Source: Eledone cirrhosa
Taxonomy: Eukaryota
Assembly (NCBI GenBank): GCA_964016885.1
Contig: OZ024741.1
Span: forward strand, 60,574,001 to 60,638,000
Reading direction: 5' to 3'
Length of the DNA: 64,000 nt
Shown: piece by piece, positions 1 through 29,596 of the stretch
How positions within the stretch are numbered: the stretch's first letter is position 1
Layout of the letters: each line of letters opens with the position of its first letter
Position numbers and translations under genes: made by a program
Notes under the pieces: model-generated
Seen by the model: only the letters and a program-made list of their open reading frames with translations
Database searches by the model: none
Told to the model about the DNA's origin: nothing

Positions 1-426
1 GAATTTATGCCGTACGGTGTTAAGGCAACCACGTCACCTTTTTGTTCAACACTGACACAGGAACAATGTACTAGTTTCAAGCTTCTTAGCTGTCATCAGC
101 ACCGTATACCGTTCTGCCAGATGGTTGAAAGTACGAAAGTATATACTTTCCTTATGAAATTTCATTTCTCACTCTTAGTACGCCACTTACTTAAATGTAA
201 GTATGCATGTCTACGTACATACATATATGTATAGAGACGTACAGTAGCATGCATATATATATATATATATACATGCAGGTACACATACATATATGTACGT
301 ATCAGTTTAGCGGACGTTTATTATAACGCCCGCTTTGTCCGTTTGTAAACAAACTGACAGCCTGAATTTATTCCGTACTGTGTTAAGGCAACCACGTCAC
401 CTTTTTGATCAACACTGACACAGGAA

Positions 427-467
427 CGATGTACTAGTTTCAAGCTTCTTAGCTTTCATCAGCACCG
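427..467 (-). ncRNA. Type I hammerhead ribozyme motif (representative copy; one per array unit)
   Basis: Minus strand reads CGGTG CTGATGA AAGCT AAGA AGCTT GAAA CTA GTA CATCG. Stem I is CGGUG/CAUCG, the cores are CUGAUGA and GAAA, stem II is AAGCU/AGCUU and stem III is the palindrome ACUAGU. The cleavage triplet is GUA, with the cut between 432 and 431. Stem I extends via CUGGCA/UGUCAG and GUUCAAC/GUUGA(A/U)C to about 407-493. Most other copies have U.U at the first stem II pair. Confidence 0.88.
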
Positions 468-542
468 TATACCCTTCTGCCAGATGGTTGAACGTTCGAA
501 AGTATACACTTTCCTTATGAAAATTAACGGCTGAGCAGCCTA

Positions 543-550
543 ATTTGCAT
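543..550 (-). promoter_or_regulatory. Octamer motif ATGCAAAT (representative; present in essentially every unit except the deleted first one)
   Basis: Exact ATTTGCAT on the plus strand, about 80 bp upstream of the hammerhead core in the minus-strand sense. Function is inferred only. Confidence 0.35.
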
Positions 551-704
551 ATCGAGTGAGTTCAGTCGGCCAGGCGCACCGAAAACGATAAGTTGTAATA
601 AAATGAAAACGAAATTTCATTTCTCACTCTTAGTACGGCACTTACTTAAATGTAAGTATGTATGTATACGTACATACATATATGTATACAGACGTACAGT
701 ACCA

Positions 705-768
<64 letters not shown>

Positions 769-1197
769 CAGGTACACATACATACATGTACGTATCAGTT
801 TAGCGGACGTTTATTATAACGCCCGCTTTGTCCGTTTGTAAACAAACTGACAGCCTGCTTTTATGCCGTACGGTGTTAAGGCAACGACGTCACCTTTTTG
901 TTCAACACTGACACAGGAACGATGTACTACTTTCAAGCTTCTTAGCTATCATCAGCACCGTATACCCTTCTGCCAGATGGTTGAACGATCGAAAGTATAT
1001 ACTTTCCTTATGAAAATTAACGGCTGAGCAGCCTAATTTGCATATCGAGTGAGTTCAGTCGGCCAGACGCACCGAAAACGATAAGTTGTAATAAAATGAA
1101 AACGAAATTTCATTTCTCACTCTTAGTACGCCACTTACTTAAATGTAAGTATGAATGTCTACGTACATACATATATGTATACAGACGTACAGTAGCA

Positions 1198-1259
<62 letters not shown>

Positions 1260-1688
1260 CAGTTACACATACATATATGTACGCATGAGTTTAGCGGACG
1301 TTTATTATAACGCCCGCTTTGTCCGTTTGTAAACAAACTGACAGCCTGAATTCATGCCGTACGTTGTTAAGGCAACCACGTGATCTTTTTATTCAACAAT
1401 GACACAGGAACGATGTAGTAGTTTCAAGCTTCTTAACTATCATCAGCACCGTATACCCTTCTGCAAGATGGTTGAACGTTCGAAAGTATATACTTTCCTT
1501 ATGAAAATTAACGGTTGAGCAGCCTAATTTGCATATCGAGTGAGTTCAGTCGGCCAGGCGCACCGAAAACGATAAATTGTAATAAAATGAAAACGAAATG
1601 TCATTGCTCACTCTTAGTACGGCACTTACTTAAATGTAAGTATGTATGTATACGTACATACATATATGTATACAGACGTACAGTAGCA

Positions 1689-1786
<98 letters not shown>

Positions 1787-2215
1787 CAGGTACACATACA
1801 TATATGTACGTATCAGTTTAGCGGACGTTTATTATAACTCCCGCTTTGTCCGTTTGTAAACAAACTGACAGCCTGAATTTATTCCGTACGGTGTTAAGGC
1901 AACCACGTCACCTTTTTGATCAACACTGACACAGGTACGATGTACTTGTTTGAAGCTTCTTAGATATCATCAGCACCGTATACCCTTCTGCCAGATGGTT
2001 GAACGTTCGAAAGTATATACTTTCCTTATGAAAATTAACGGCTGAGCAGCCTAATTTGCATATCGAGTGAGTTCAGTCGGCCAGGCGCACCGAAAACGAT
2101 AAGTTGTAATAAAATGAAAACGAAATTTCATTTCTCACTCTTTGTATGGCACTTACTTAAATGTAAGTATGTATGTATACGTACATACATATATGTATAC
2201 AGACGTACAGTCGCA

Positions 2216-2308
<93 letters not shown>

Positions 2309-2763
2309 TATATATATATATAAATATATACATACAGGTACACATACATATATGTACGCATCAGTTTAGCGGACGTTTATCATAACGCCCGCTTTGTCCG
2401 TTTGTAAACAAACTGACAGCATGAATTTATGCCGTACGGTGTTAAGGCAACCACGTTACCTTTTTGTTCAACACTGACACAGGAACGATGTACTAGTTTC
2501 AAGCTTCTTAGCTATCATCAGCACCGTATACCCTTCTGCCAGATGGTTGAACGTTCGAAAGTATATACTTTCCTTATGAAAATTAACGGCTGAGCAGCCT
2601 GATTTGCATATCGAGTGAGTTCAGTCGGCCAGGCGCACCGAAAACGATTAGTTGTAATAAAATGAAAACGAAATTTCATTTCTCATTCTTAGTACGGCAC
2701 TTACTTAAATGTAAATATGTATGTATACGTACATACATATATGTATACAGACGTACAGTAGCA

Positions 2764-2848
<85 letters not shown>

Positions 2849-3282
2849 ACATACAGACACACATACATATATGTACGCATGAGTTTAGCGGACGTTTATT
2901 ATAACGCCCGCTTTGTCCGTTTGTGAACAAACTGGCATCCTGAATTTATGCCGTACGTTGTTAAGGCAACTACGTGATCTTTTTATTCAACAATGACACA
3001 GGAACGATGTACTAGTTTCAAGCTTCTTAACTATCATCAGCACCGTATACCCTTCTGCAAGATGGTTGAACGTTCGAAAGTATATACTTTCCTTATGAAA
3101 ATTAACGGTTGAGCAGCCTAATTTGCATATCGAGTGAGTTCAGTCGGCCAGGCGCACCGAAAACGATAAGTTGTAATAAAATGAAAACGAAATTTCATTG
3201 CTCACTCTTAGTACGGCACTTACTTAAATGTAAATATGTATGTATACGTACATACATATATGTATACAGACGTACAGTAGCA

Positions 3283-3320
<38 letters not shown>

Positions 3321-3749
3321 CAGGTACACATACATATATGTACGTATCAGTTTAGCGGACGTTTATTACAACGCCCGCTTTGTCCGTTTGTAAACAAACT
3401 GACAGCCTGAATTTATTCCGTACGGTGTTAAGGCAACCACGTCACCTTTTTGATCAACACTGACACAGGTACGATGTACTTGTTTGGAGCTTCTTAGATA
3501 TCATCAGCACCGTATACCCTTCTGCCAGATGGTTGAACGTTCGAAAGTATATACTTTCCTTATGAAAATTAACGGCTGAGCAGCCTAATTTGCATATCGA
3601 GTGAGTTCAGTCGGCCAGGCGCACCGAAAACGATAAGTTGTAATAAAATGAAAACGAAATTTCATTGCTCACTCTTAGTACGGCACTTACTTAAATGTAA
3701 GTATGTATGTATACGTACATACATATATGTATACAGACGTACAGTAGCA

Positions 3750-3800
<51 letters not shown>

Positions 3801-4696
3801 GCACATACAGGTACACATAAATATATGTACGTATCAGTTTAGCGGACGTTTATTATAACGCCCGCTTTGTCCGTTTGTAAACAAAATGACAGTCTGAATT
3901 TATGCCGTACGGTGTTAAGGCAACCACGTCACCTTTTTGTTCAACACTGACACAGGAACGATGTACTAGTTTCAAGCTTCTCAGCTATCATCAGCACCGT
4001 ATACCCTTCTGCGAGACGGTTGAACGTTCGAAAGTATATACTTTCCTTATGAAAATTAACGGCTGAGCAGCCTAATTTGCATATCTTGTGAGTTCAGTCG
4101 GCCAGGCGCACCGAAAACGATAAGTTGTAATAAAATGAAAACGAAATTTCATTTCTCACTCTTAGTACGGCACTTAATTAAATGTAAGTATGTATGTATA
4201 CGTAAATACATATATGTATACAGACGTACAGTTGCATGCATATATATATATATATATATACATACAGGTACACATACATATATGTACGTATCAGTTTAGC
4301 GGACGTTTATCATAACGCCCACTTTGTCCGTTTGTAAACAAACTGACAGCATGAATTTATGCCGTACGGTGTTAAGGCAACCTCGTGACCTTTTTATTCA
4401 ACACTGACACAGGTACGATATACTAGTTTCAAGCTTCTTAGCTATCATCAGCACCGTATACCCTTCTGCCAGATGGTTGAACGTTCGAAAGTATATACTT
4501 TCCTTATGAAAATTAACGGCTGAGCAGCCTAATTTGCATATCGAGTGAGTTCAGTCGGCCAGGCGCACCGAAAATGATAAGTTGTAATAAAATGAAAACG
4601 AAATTTCATTTCTCACTCTTTGTACGGCACTTACTTAAATGTAAGTATGTATGTATACGTACATACATATATGTATACAGACGTACAGTCGCATGC

Positions 4697-4797
<101 letters not shown>

Positions 4798-5250
4798 TAT
4801 ATATATATAAATATATACATACAGGTACACATACATATATGTACGCATCAGTTTAGCGAACGTTTATCATAACGCCCGCTTTGTCCGTTTGTAAACAAAC
4901 TGACAGCATGAATTTATGCCGTACGGTGTTAAGGCAACCACGTTACCTTTTTGTTCAACACTGACACAGGAACGATGTACTAGTTTCAAGCTTCTTAGCT
5001 ATCATCAGCACCGTATACCCTTCTGCCAGATGGTTGAACGTTCGAAAGTATATACTTTCCTTATGAAAATTAAGGGCTGAGCAGCCTGATTTGCATATCG
5101 AGTGAGTTCAGTCGGCCAGGCGCACCGAAAACGATTAGTTGTAATAAAATGAAAACGAAATTTCATTTCTCATTCTTAGTACGGCACTTACTTAAATGTA
5201 AGTATGTATGTATACGTACATACATATATGTATACAGACGTACAGTAGCA

Positions 5251-5338
<88 letters not shown>

Positions 5339-5769
5339 TACAGACACACATACATATATGTACGCATGAGTTTAGCGGACGTTTATTATAACGCCCGCTT
5401 TGTCCGTTTGTAAACAAACTGGCAGCCTGAATTTATGCCGTACGTTGTTAAGGCAACCACGTGATCTTTTTATTCAACAATGACACAGGAACGATGTACT
5501 AGTTTCAAGCTTCTTAACTATCATCAGCACCGTATACCCTTCTGCCAGATGGTTGAACGTTCGAAAGTATATACTTTCCTTATGAAAATTAACGGCTGAG
5601 CAGCCTAATTTGCATATCGAGTGAGTTCAGTCGGCCAGGCGCACCGAAAACGATAAGTTGTAATAAAATGAAAACGAAATTTCATTGCTCACTCTTAGTA
5701 CGGCACTTACTTAAATGTAAGTATGTATGTATACGTACATACATATATGTATACAGACGTACAGTAGCA

Positions 5770-5860
<91 letters not shown>

Positions 5861-5955
5861 GCACATACAGGTACACATAAATATATGTACGTATCAGTTT
5901 AGCGGACGTTTATTATAACGCCCGCTTTGTCCGTTTGTAAACAAAATGACAGTCT

Positions 5956-21240
<15,285 letters not shown>

Positions 21241-21410
21241 ACGGCTGAGCAGCCTGATTTGCATATCGAGTGAGTTCAGTCGGCCAGGCGCACCGAAAAC
21301 GATTAGTTGTAATAAAATGAAAACGAAATTTCATTTCTCATTCTTAGTACGGCACTTACTTAAATGTATGTATACGTACATACATATATGTATACAGACG
21401 TACAGTAGCA

Positions 21411-21482
<72 letters not shown>

Positions 21483-21911
21483 CAGACACACATACATATA
21501 TGTACGCATGAGTTTAGCGGACGTTTATTATAACGCCCGCTTTGTCCGTTTGTAAACAAACTGGCAGCCTGAATTTATGCCGTACGTTGTTAAGGCAACC
21601 ACGTGATCTTTTTATTCAACAATGACACAGGAACGATGTACTAGTTTCAAGCTTCTTAACTATCATCAGCACCGTATACCCTTCTGCAAGATGGTTGAAC
21701 GTTCGAAAGTATATACTTTCCTTATGAAAATTAACGGTTGAGCAGCCTAATTTGCATATCGAGTGAGTTCAGTCGGCCAGGCGCACCGAAAACGATAAGT
21801 TGTAATAAAATGAAAACGAAATTTCATTGCTCACTCTTAGTACGGCACTTACTTAAATGTAAATATGTATGTATACGTACATACATATATGTATACAGAC
21901 GTACAGTAGCA

Positions 21912-21969
<58 letters not shown>

Positions 21970-22397
21970 CAGGTACACATACATATATGTACGTATCAGT
22001 TTAGCGGAGGTTTATTATAACGCCCGCTTTGTTTGTTTGTAAACAAACTGACAGCCTGAATTTATTCCGTACGGTGTTAAGGCAACCACGTCACCTTTTT
22101 GATCAACACTGACACAGGTACGATGTACTTGTTTGAAGCTTCTTAGATATCATCAGCACCGTATACCCTTCTGCCAGATGGTTGAACGTTCGAAAGTATA
22201 TACTTTCCTTATGAAAATTAACGGCTGAGCAGCCTAATTTGCATATCGAGTGAGTTCAGTCAGCCAGGCGCACCGAAAACGATAAGTTGTAATAAAATGA
22301 AAACGAAATTTCATTTCTCACTCTTAGTCGGCACTTACTTAAATGTAAGTAAGTATGTATACGTACATACATATATGTATACAGACGTACAGTAGCA

Positions 22398-22481
<84 letters not shown>

Positions 22482-22910
22482 CAGTTACACATTCATATAT
22501 GTACGCATGAGTTTAGCGGACGTTTATTATAACGCCCGCTTTGTCCGTTTGTAAACAAACTGGCAGCCTGAATTTATGCCGTACGTTGTTAAGGCAACCA
22601 CGTGATCTTTTTATTCAACAATGACACAGGAACGATGTACTAGTTTCAAGCTTCTTAACTATCATCAGCACCGTATACCCTTCTGCAAGATGGTTGAACG
22701 TTCGAAAGTATATACTTTCCTTATGAAAATTAACGGTTGAGCAGCCTAATTTGCATATCGAGTGAGTTCAGTCGGCCAGGCGCACCGAAAACGATAAGTT
22801 GTAATAAAATGAAAACGAAATTTCATTGCTCACTCTTAGTACGGCACTTACTTAAATGTAAATATGTATGTATACGTACATACATATATGTATACAGACG
22901 TACAGTAGCA

Positions 22911-22984
<74 letters not shown>

Positions 22985-23413
22985 CAGGTACACATACATA
23001 TATGTACGTATCAGTTTAGCGGACGTTTATTATAACGCCCGCTTTGTCCGTTTGTAAACAAACTGACAGCCTGAATTTATTCCGTACGGTGTTAAGGCAA
23101 CCACGTCACCTTTTTGATCAACACTGACACAGGTACAATGTACTTGTTTGAAGCTTCTTAGATATCATCAGCACCGTATACGCTTCTGCCAGATGGTTGA
23201 ACGTTCGAAAGTATATACTTTCATTATGAAAATTAACGGCTGAGCAGCCTAATTTGCATATCGAGTGAGTTCAGTCGGCCAGGCGCACCGAAAACGATAA
23301 GTTGTAATAAAATGAAAACGAAATTTCATTTCTCACTCTTAGTACGGCACTTACTTAAATGTAAGTATGTATGTATACGTACGTACATATATGTATACAG
23401 ACGTACAGTGGCA

Positions 23414-23479
<66 letters not shown>

Positions 23480-23916
23480 TATACATACAGGTACACATAC
23501 ATATATGTACGCATCAGTTTAGCGGACGTTTATCATAACGCCCGCTTTGTCCGTTTGTAAACAAACTGACAGCATGAATTTATGCCGTACGGTGTTAAGG
23601 CAACCACGTTACCTTTTTGTTCAACACTGACACAGGAACGATGTACTAGTTTCAAGCTTCTTAGCTATCATCAGCACTGTATACCCTTCTGCCAGATGGT
23701 TGAACGTTCGAAAGTATATACTTTCCTTATGAAAATTAACGGCTGAGCAGCCTGATTTGCATATCGAGTGAGTTCAGTCGGCCAGGCGCACCGAAAACGA
23801 TAAGTTGTAATAAAATGAAAACGAAATTTCATTTCTCATTCTTAGTACGGCACTTACTTAAATGTAAGTATCTATGTATACGTACATACATATATGTATA
23901 CAGACGTACAGTAGCA

Positions 23917-23988
<72 letters not shown>

Positions 23989-24421
23989 CATACAGACACA
24001 CATACATATATGTACGCATGAATTTAGCGGACGTTTATTATAACGCCCGCTTTGTCCGTTTGTAAACAAACTGGCAGCCTGAATTTATGCCGTACGTTGT
24101 TAAGGCAACCACGTGATCTTTTTATTCAACAATGACACAGGAACGATGTACTAGTTTCAAGCTTCTTAACTATCATCAGCACCGTATACCCTTCTGCCAG
24201 ATGGTTGAACGTTCGAAAGTATATACTTTCCTTATGAAAATTAACGGCTGAGCAGCCTAATTTGCATATCGAGTTAGTTCAGTAGGCCAGGCGCACCGAA
24301 AACGATAAGTTGTAATAAAATGAAAACGAAATTTCATTGCTCACTCTTAGTACGGCACTTACTTAAATGTAAGTATGTATGAATACGTACATACATATAT
24401 GTATACAGACGTACAGTAGCA

Positions 24422-24471
<50 letters not shown>

Positions 24472-24556
24472 GAAAAATTGAACAGGGACAGAACAGAGAG
24501 GCAGTACGACAAATGTTTATTAAATTCACGCTCAGGAGAGTGGGGGGTAGGTGGGG

Positions 24557-24590
24557 GACGACTTTTCGGGCATAAGCCCTTCTTCAGGTG
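24557..24590 (-). ncRNA. Degenerate minimal PLE hammerhead motif
   Basis: Minus strand CAC CTGAAGA A GGGC TTAT GCCC GAAA AGTC GT. The cores and stem II are intact, but stem III reads AAGU instead of palindromic ACGU and stem I has only about 2 bp. Confidence 0.6.
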
Positions 24591-25926
24591 AGAGTTCAAA
24601 AGGTGTGTAGGGGAGTGGTGGAGAGACATATAGCGAAAGGAAACGGTGCGAATGAAAAATTAACAAATAAAGACAAGAATATAATAAATAATAAATAAAA
24701 ATAAAGCATGATCAAAATACAAGGAATGAGAAAATTTAAAAATAAAGGCATGATCAAAATAAACTGAAATTAAAAGGGGGGTAAACAGGTGGTGGAAGGG
24801 TGTGGGGTGAGTAGAGGTGGTGGAGGGTGGAGTGGGGAGAGGGAGACGGGGTGTCCGAGCGGGGGAGGGCTGAAGGTGGTGTGTGTGGTTAGGTGTGCGT
24901 GTGTGTGTGTGTGTGTGTATGTGAAAGTGAGGGTTGGGGGAAGAACGGGGTTGCATGTTCAGGAATGTGTGTGTGTGTGGGGGGGGGGTCGGAGGGTCTG
25001 TGCGTGTGAGGATAGGGGGGGGGCGAGGAATCAGAGGGCTGAGGGTGTAAATATGTGGTGGGAAGCACGTGTGTGTGGTTTAAGCGTGTTGTGGGTGTGG
25101 GTGGCGTGTGGATAAAAAAATTGTTTTGGGGTGTGTGTGTGTGGGTGAGTTATATAGGTGGTGGTGTAAGAGGGTGGTTGAAAAGTGGTAAGTTACACGG
25201 ATGTATGGAGATTTTGGTGAGAAGTCAAAACGCGTGTGGGTAATCCAAGAAGCGGTGGTCGGAAGAGGAGAGATGTGGGGTGCGCGCGCAAGAGGAAGTG
25301 GTCAGCAGTGGAAGTGCTGTGGTCAGTTGGTGCTGAGACAGTGGTCGGAAGGGCATAGCAGCAGTCGGCGGAATGGTAGGGAGGCGAGGATGGGTAGGTG
25401 TGAGAGTTGGAGTGAGGAGGGTGTGTGTGTGTGTATGTGTGTGTGTATTAGTGGGATGTTAGTGGGATGAGTGAGTGTGGAGCGGGGAGAGAAGTGTGTG
25501 TGTGGTTCTATGGAGGGAGTGTGGTGTACTGGTGTGTGTGTAGTTTGGTGAAGAGGTGTTAGTGGGTGTTAATATACGGGAGGTGGGGAGGGGTGGAATG
25601 CAGGTGTGAGTGGGGGTTAGTGGGGGTAGGGTGTGTAGAGTTGGTGGTGTACGAGGGTGTGTGGGTACGTGTGCGTGGGGTTGGAGGGTGTTAGTGATGT
25701 TAGTTGCGTGGGGGTGGGTGGTGTAAGTGGGTGCGTGTGTGCGTGTGATAAGGAGGGGGAGGAGGAGAAGAGGGGAGGGAAGGGATGTTAGTATGTTAGT
25801 TGGGGAAGGGTGGTCAGATGAGGGGTGGAGTGGAGGTGTTAGTATTGTTAGTGTGGGGTGGGCGGTGAAAAGGAGGGGTGTGTTAGTGGGGGATAAGTGT
25901 GGGGAGAGGGGGGGGGGGGTCGAACG

Positions 25927-26699
25927 CTAAAGGAATAAGGGTGGGGAGTTCAGGCTGGAGGGAGTGTGGGTCTGTAAGAGGAAGATAGTACGTTGTTCGA
26001 CCGTAAGGCGATGGGCGGGTGTTCCGTGGCACTGGAGTAGGCCACAGACTGTGAGATGGCGTGCGGGGTGTCCAGGGCCACCAAAGTGGCGGGCGATGGG
26101 GGAACTGCCACCGAGACGAATGTCCCGGAGGTGCTCCGTGACTCGGTCCGCCAGGCGGCGTCCCGTCTGTCCGACATAAGTCGCGCTGCACATCGTGCAA
26201 CGAAGTCCGTAGACTAGGTTGGAGGAGGTGCAGCGGAAGGCATGCCGGACCGAGAGAGGGTGGCCGTTGGGACCCTGGAAGGTGGTGGTGTTGGTGATGT
26301 GGGGACAGGTGTTGCAGCGGGGCCTAGAACATGGGGAAGGAACCGGGGGGGAACGGAGCGTGGGTTGGGGGGTAGGGAGCTGTGGACGAGGAGGGTGCGG
26401 AGATTGCGTGCTCGTTTGAAGGAGGGGAGTGGTGGGGTTGGGAAGATGTGGGAGGTGGAGGGGTCGGACTGGAGGTGTCGGAAGAGGCGGAGGATGGTGC
26501 GGTGGAGGGGTACGGTGGAGGGGTGGTAGGTGATGGGGAAGGGGAGACGGTGGGTGGGTGTGCGGTGGGGTGGAGTAAAGGTGGTGGAGCGGGGGATAGC
26601 ACGGGCGCGGGTGAGAGCGGTGTGGACGAGAGAGGGGGGGGGGGGGAACCTCTGCGGATGAAATGGCTGACTAGGGAAAGGGCCTGGGACTCGAAGTCA
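25927..26699 (-). pseudogene. Frameshifted C-terminal part of PLE polyprotein: thumb/linker, Cys-rich finger, GIY-YIG endonuclease
   Basis: Across frames it reads FESQALSLVSHFIRRG / RLPFPITYHP...LQSDPSTSHIFPTPPLPSFKRARNLRTLLVHS / CSRPRCNTC...NLVYGLRCTMCSATYVGQTGRRLADRVTEH...EQRTIFLLQTHTPSSLN. The frame changes fall in homopolymer C runs. Confidence 0.88.
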
Positions 26700-27157
26700 A
26701 TATATATATACACATACAGGTACACATACATATATGTACGTATCAGTTTAGCGGACATTTATTATAACGCCCGCTTTGTCCGTTTGTAGACAAACTGACA
26801 GCCTGAATTTATGCCGTACGGTGTTAAGGCAACCACGTCACCTTTTTGTTCAACACTGACACAGGAACGATGTACTAGTTTCAAGCTATTTAGCTATCAT
26901 CAGCACCGTATACCCTTCTGCCAGATGGTTGAACGTTCGAAAGTATATACTTTCCTTATGAAAATTAACGGCTGAGCAGCCTAATTTGCATATCGAGTGA
27001 GTTCAGTCGGCCAGGCGCACTGAAAACGATAAGTTGTAATAAAATGAAAACGAAATTTCATTTCTCACTCTTAGTCCGGCACTTACTTAAATGTAAGTAT
27101 GTACGAATACGTACAAACATATGTGTATACAGACGTACAGTAGCATGCATATATATA

Positions 27158-27196
<39 letters not shown>

Positions 27197-27648
27197 TAAT
27201 ATATATATATATATACATACAGGTACACATACATATATGTACGTATCAGTTTAGCGGACGTTTATTATAACGGCCGCTTTGTCCGTTTGTAAACAAACTG
27301 ACAGCCTGAATTTATGCCGTACGGTGTTAAGGCAACCACGTCACCTTTTTATTCAACACTGACACAGGTACGATGTACTAGTTTCAAACTTCTTAGCTAT
27401 CATCAGCACCGTATAGCCTTCTGCAAGATGGTTAAACGGTAGAAAGTATGTACTTTCCTCATGAAAATTAACGGCTGAGCAGCCTAATTTGCATATCGAG
27501 TGAGTTCAGTCGGCCAGGCGCACCGAAAACGATAAGTTGTAATAAAATGAAAACGAAATTTCATTTCTCACTCTTAGTACGGCACTTACTTAAATGTAAG
27601 TATGTATGTATACGTACATACATATATGTATACAGACGTACAGAAGCA

Positions 27649-27712
<64 letters not shown>

Positions 27713-28573
27713 CAGGTACACATAAATATATATACGTATCAGTTTAGCGGACGTTTATTATAACGCCCGCTTTGTCCGTTTGTTAACAAACTGACAGCCT
27801 GAGTTTATGCCGTACGGAGTTAAGGCAACCACGTTACCTATTTGTTCAACACTGACACAGGAACGATGTACTAGTTTCAAGCTTCTTAACTATCATCAGC
27901 ACCGTATACCCTTCTGCCAGATGGTTGAACGTTCGAAAGTATATACTTTCCTTATGAAAATTAACGGCTGAGCAGCCTAATTTGCATATCGAGTGAGTTC
28001 AGTCGGCCAGGCGCACCGAAAACGATAAGTTGTAATAAAATGAAAACGAAATTTCATTGCTCACTCTTAGTACGGCACTTACTTAAACGTAAGTATGTAT
28101 GTATACGTACATACATATATGTATACAGACGTACAGTGGCATGCATATATGTACGTATCAGTTTTAGCGGAGGTTTTAGCGGAGGTTTATTATAACGCCC
28201 GCTTTGTCCGTTTGTAAACAAACTGACAGCCTGAATTTATGCCGTACGGTGTTAAGGCAACCACGTCACCTTTTTGTTCAACACTGACACAGGAACGATG
28301 TACTAGTTTCAAGCTTCTTAGCTATCATCAGAACCGTATACCCTTCCATCAGCCTGGTTGAACTTTGAAAAGTATATAATTTCCTTATGAAAATTAACGG
28401 CTGAGCAGCCTAATTTGCATATCGAGTGAGTTCAGTCGGCCAGGCGTACCGAAAACGATAAGTTGTAATAAAATAAAATCGAAATTCATTTCTCACTCTT
28501 AGTCCGGCACTTACTTAAATGTAAGTATGTATGTATACGTACATACATATATGTATACAGACGTACAGTGGCA

Positions 28574-28637
<64 letters not shown>

Positions 28638-29068
28638 CAGGTACACATACATATATGTACGTATCAGTTTAGCGGAGGTTTATTATAACGCCCGCTTTGT
28701 CCGTTTGTAAACAAACTGACAGCCTGAATTTATGCCGTACGGTGTTAAGGCGACCACGTTACCTTTTTGTTCAACACTGACACAGGAATGATGTACTAGT
28801 TTCAAGCTTCTTAGCTATCATCAGCACCGTATACGCTTCTATCAGCCATTTAAACTTTGGAAAGTATATGCTTTCCTTATGAAAATTAACGGCTGAGCAG
28901 CCTAATTTGCATATCGAGTGAGTTCAGTCGGCCAGGCGTACCGAAAACGATAAGTTGTAATAAAATAAAAACGAAATTCATTTCTCACTCTTAGTCCGGC
29001 ACTTACTTAAATCTAAGTATGTATGTATACGTACATACATATATGTATACAGACGTACAGTAACATGC

Positions 29069-29099
<31 letters not shown>

Positions 29100-29520
29100 C
29101 ATACAGGTACACATACATATATGTACGTATCAGTTTAGCGGACGTTTATTATAACGCCCGCTTTGTCCGTTTGTAAACAAACTGACAGCCTGAATTTATG
29201 CCGTACGGTGTTAAGGCGACCAAGCTACCTTTTTGTTCAACACTGACACAGGAACGATGTACTAGTTTCAAGCTTCTTAGCTATCATCAGCACCGTATAC
29301 CCTTCGGCAAGATGGTTGAACGCTAGAAAGTATATACTTTCCTCATGAAAATTAACGGCTGAGCAGCCTAATTTGCATATCGAGTGAGTTCAGTCGGCCA
29401 GGCGCACCGAAAACGATAAGTTGTAATAAAATGAAAACGAAATTTCATTTCTCACTCTTAGTACGGCATTTACTTAAATGTAAGTATGAATGTCTACGTA
29501 CATACAGACGTACAGTAGCA

Positions 29521-29596
<76 letters not shown>

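Larger units (their letters stand above)
24470..26699 (-). mobile_element. 5'-truncated Penelope-like retroelement (Neptune-type architecture) inserted in the (TA)n tract of an array unit
   Basis: (TA)n flanks both sides and the satellite unit resumes at about 26700. It carries a GIY-YIG coding remnant, a C-rich 3' UTR, a hammerhead-like motif and AATAAA near the 3' end. Confidence 0.9.

Noticed and set aside
24660-26789. Gly/Val-rich plus-strand and Pro/His-rich minus-strand ORFs
   Set aside because: These are low-complexity UTR or off-frame/antisense readings of the PLE remnant.
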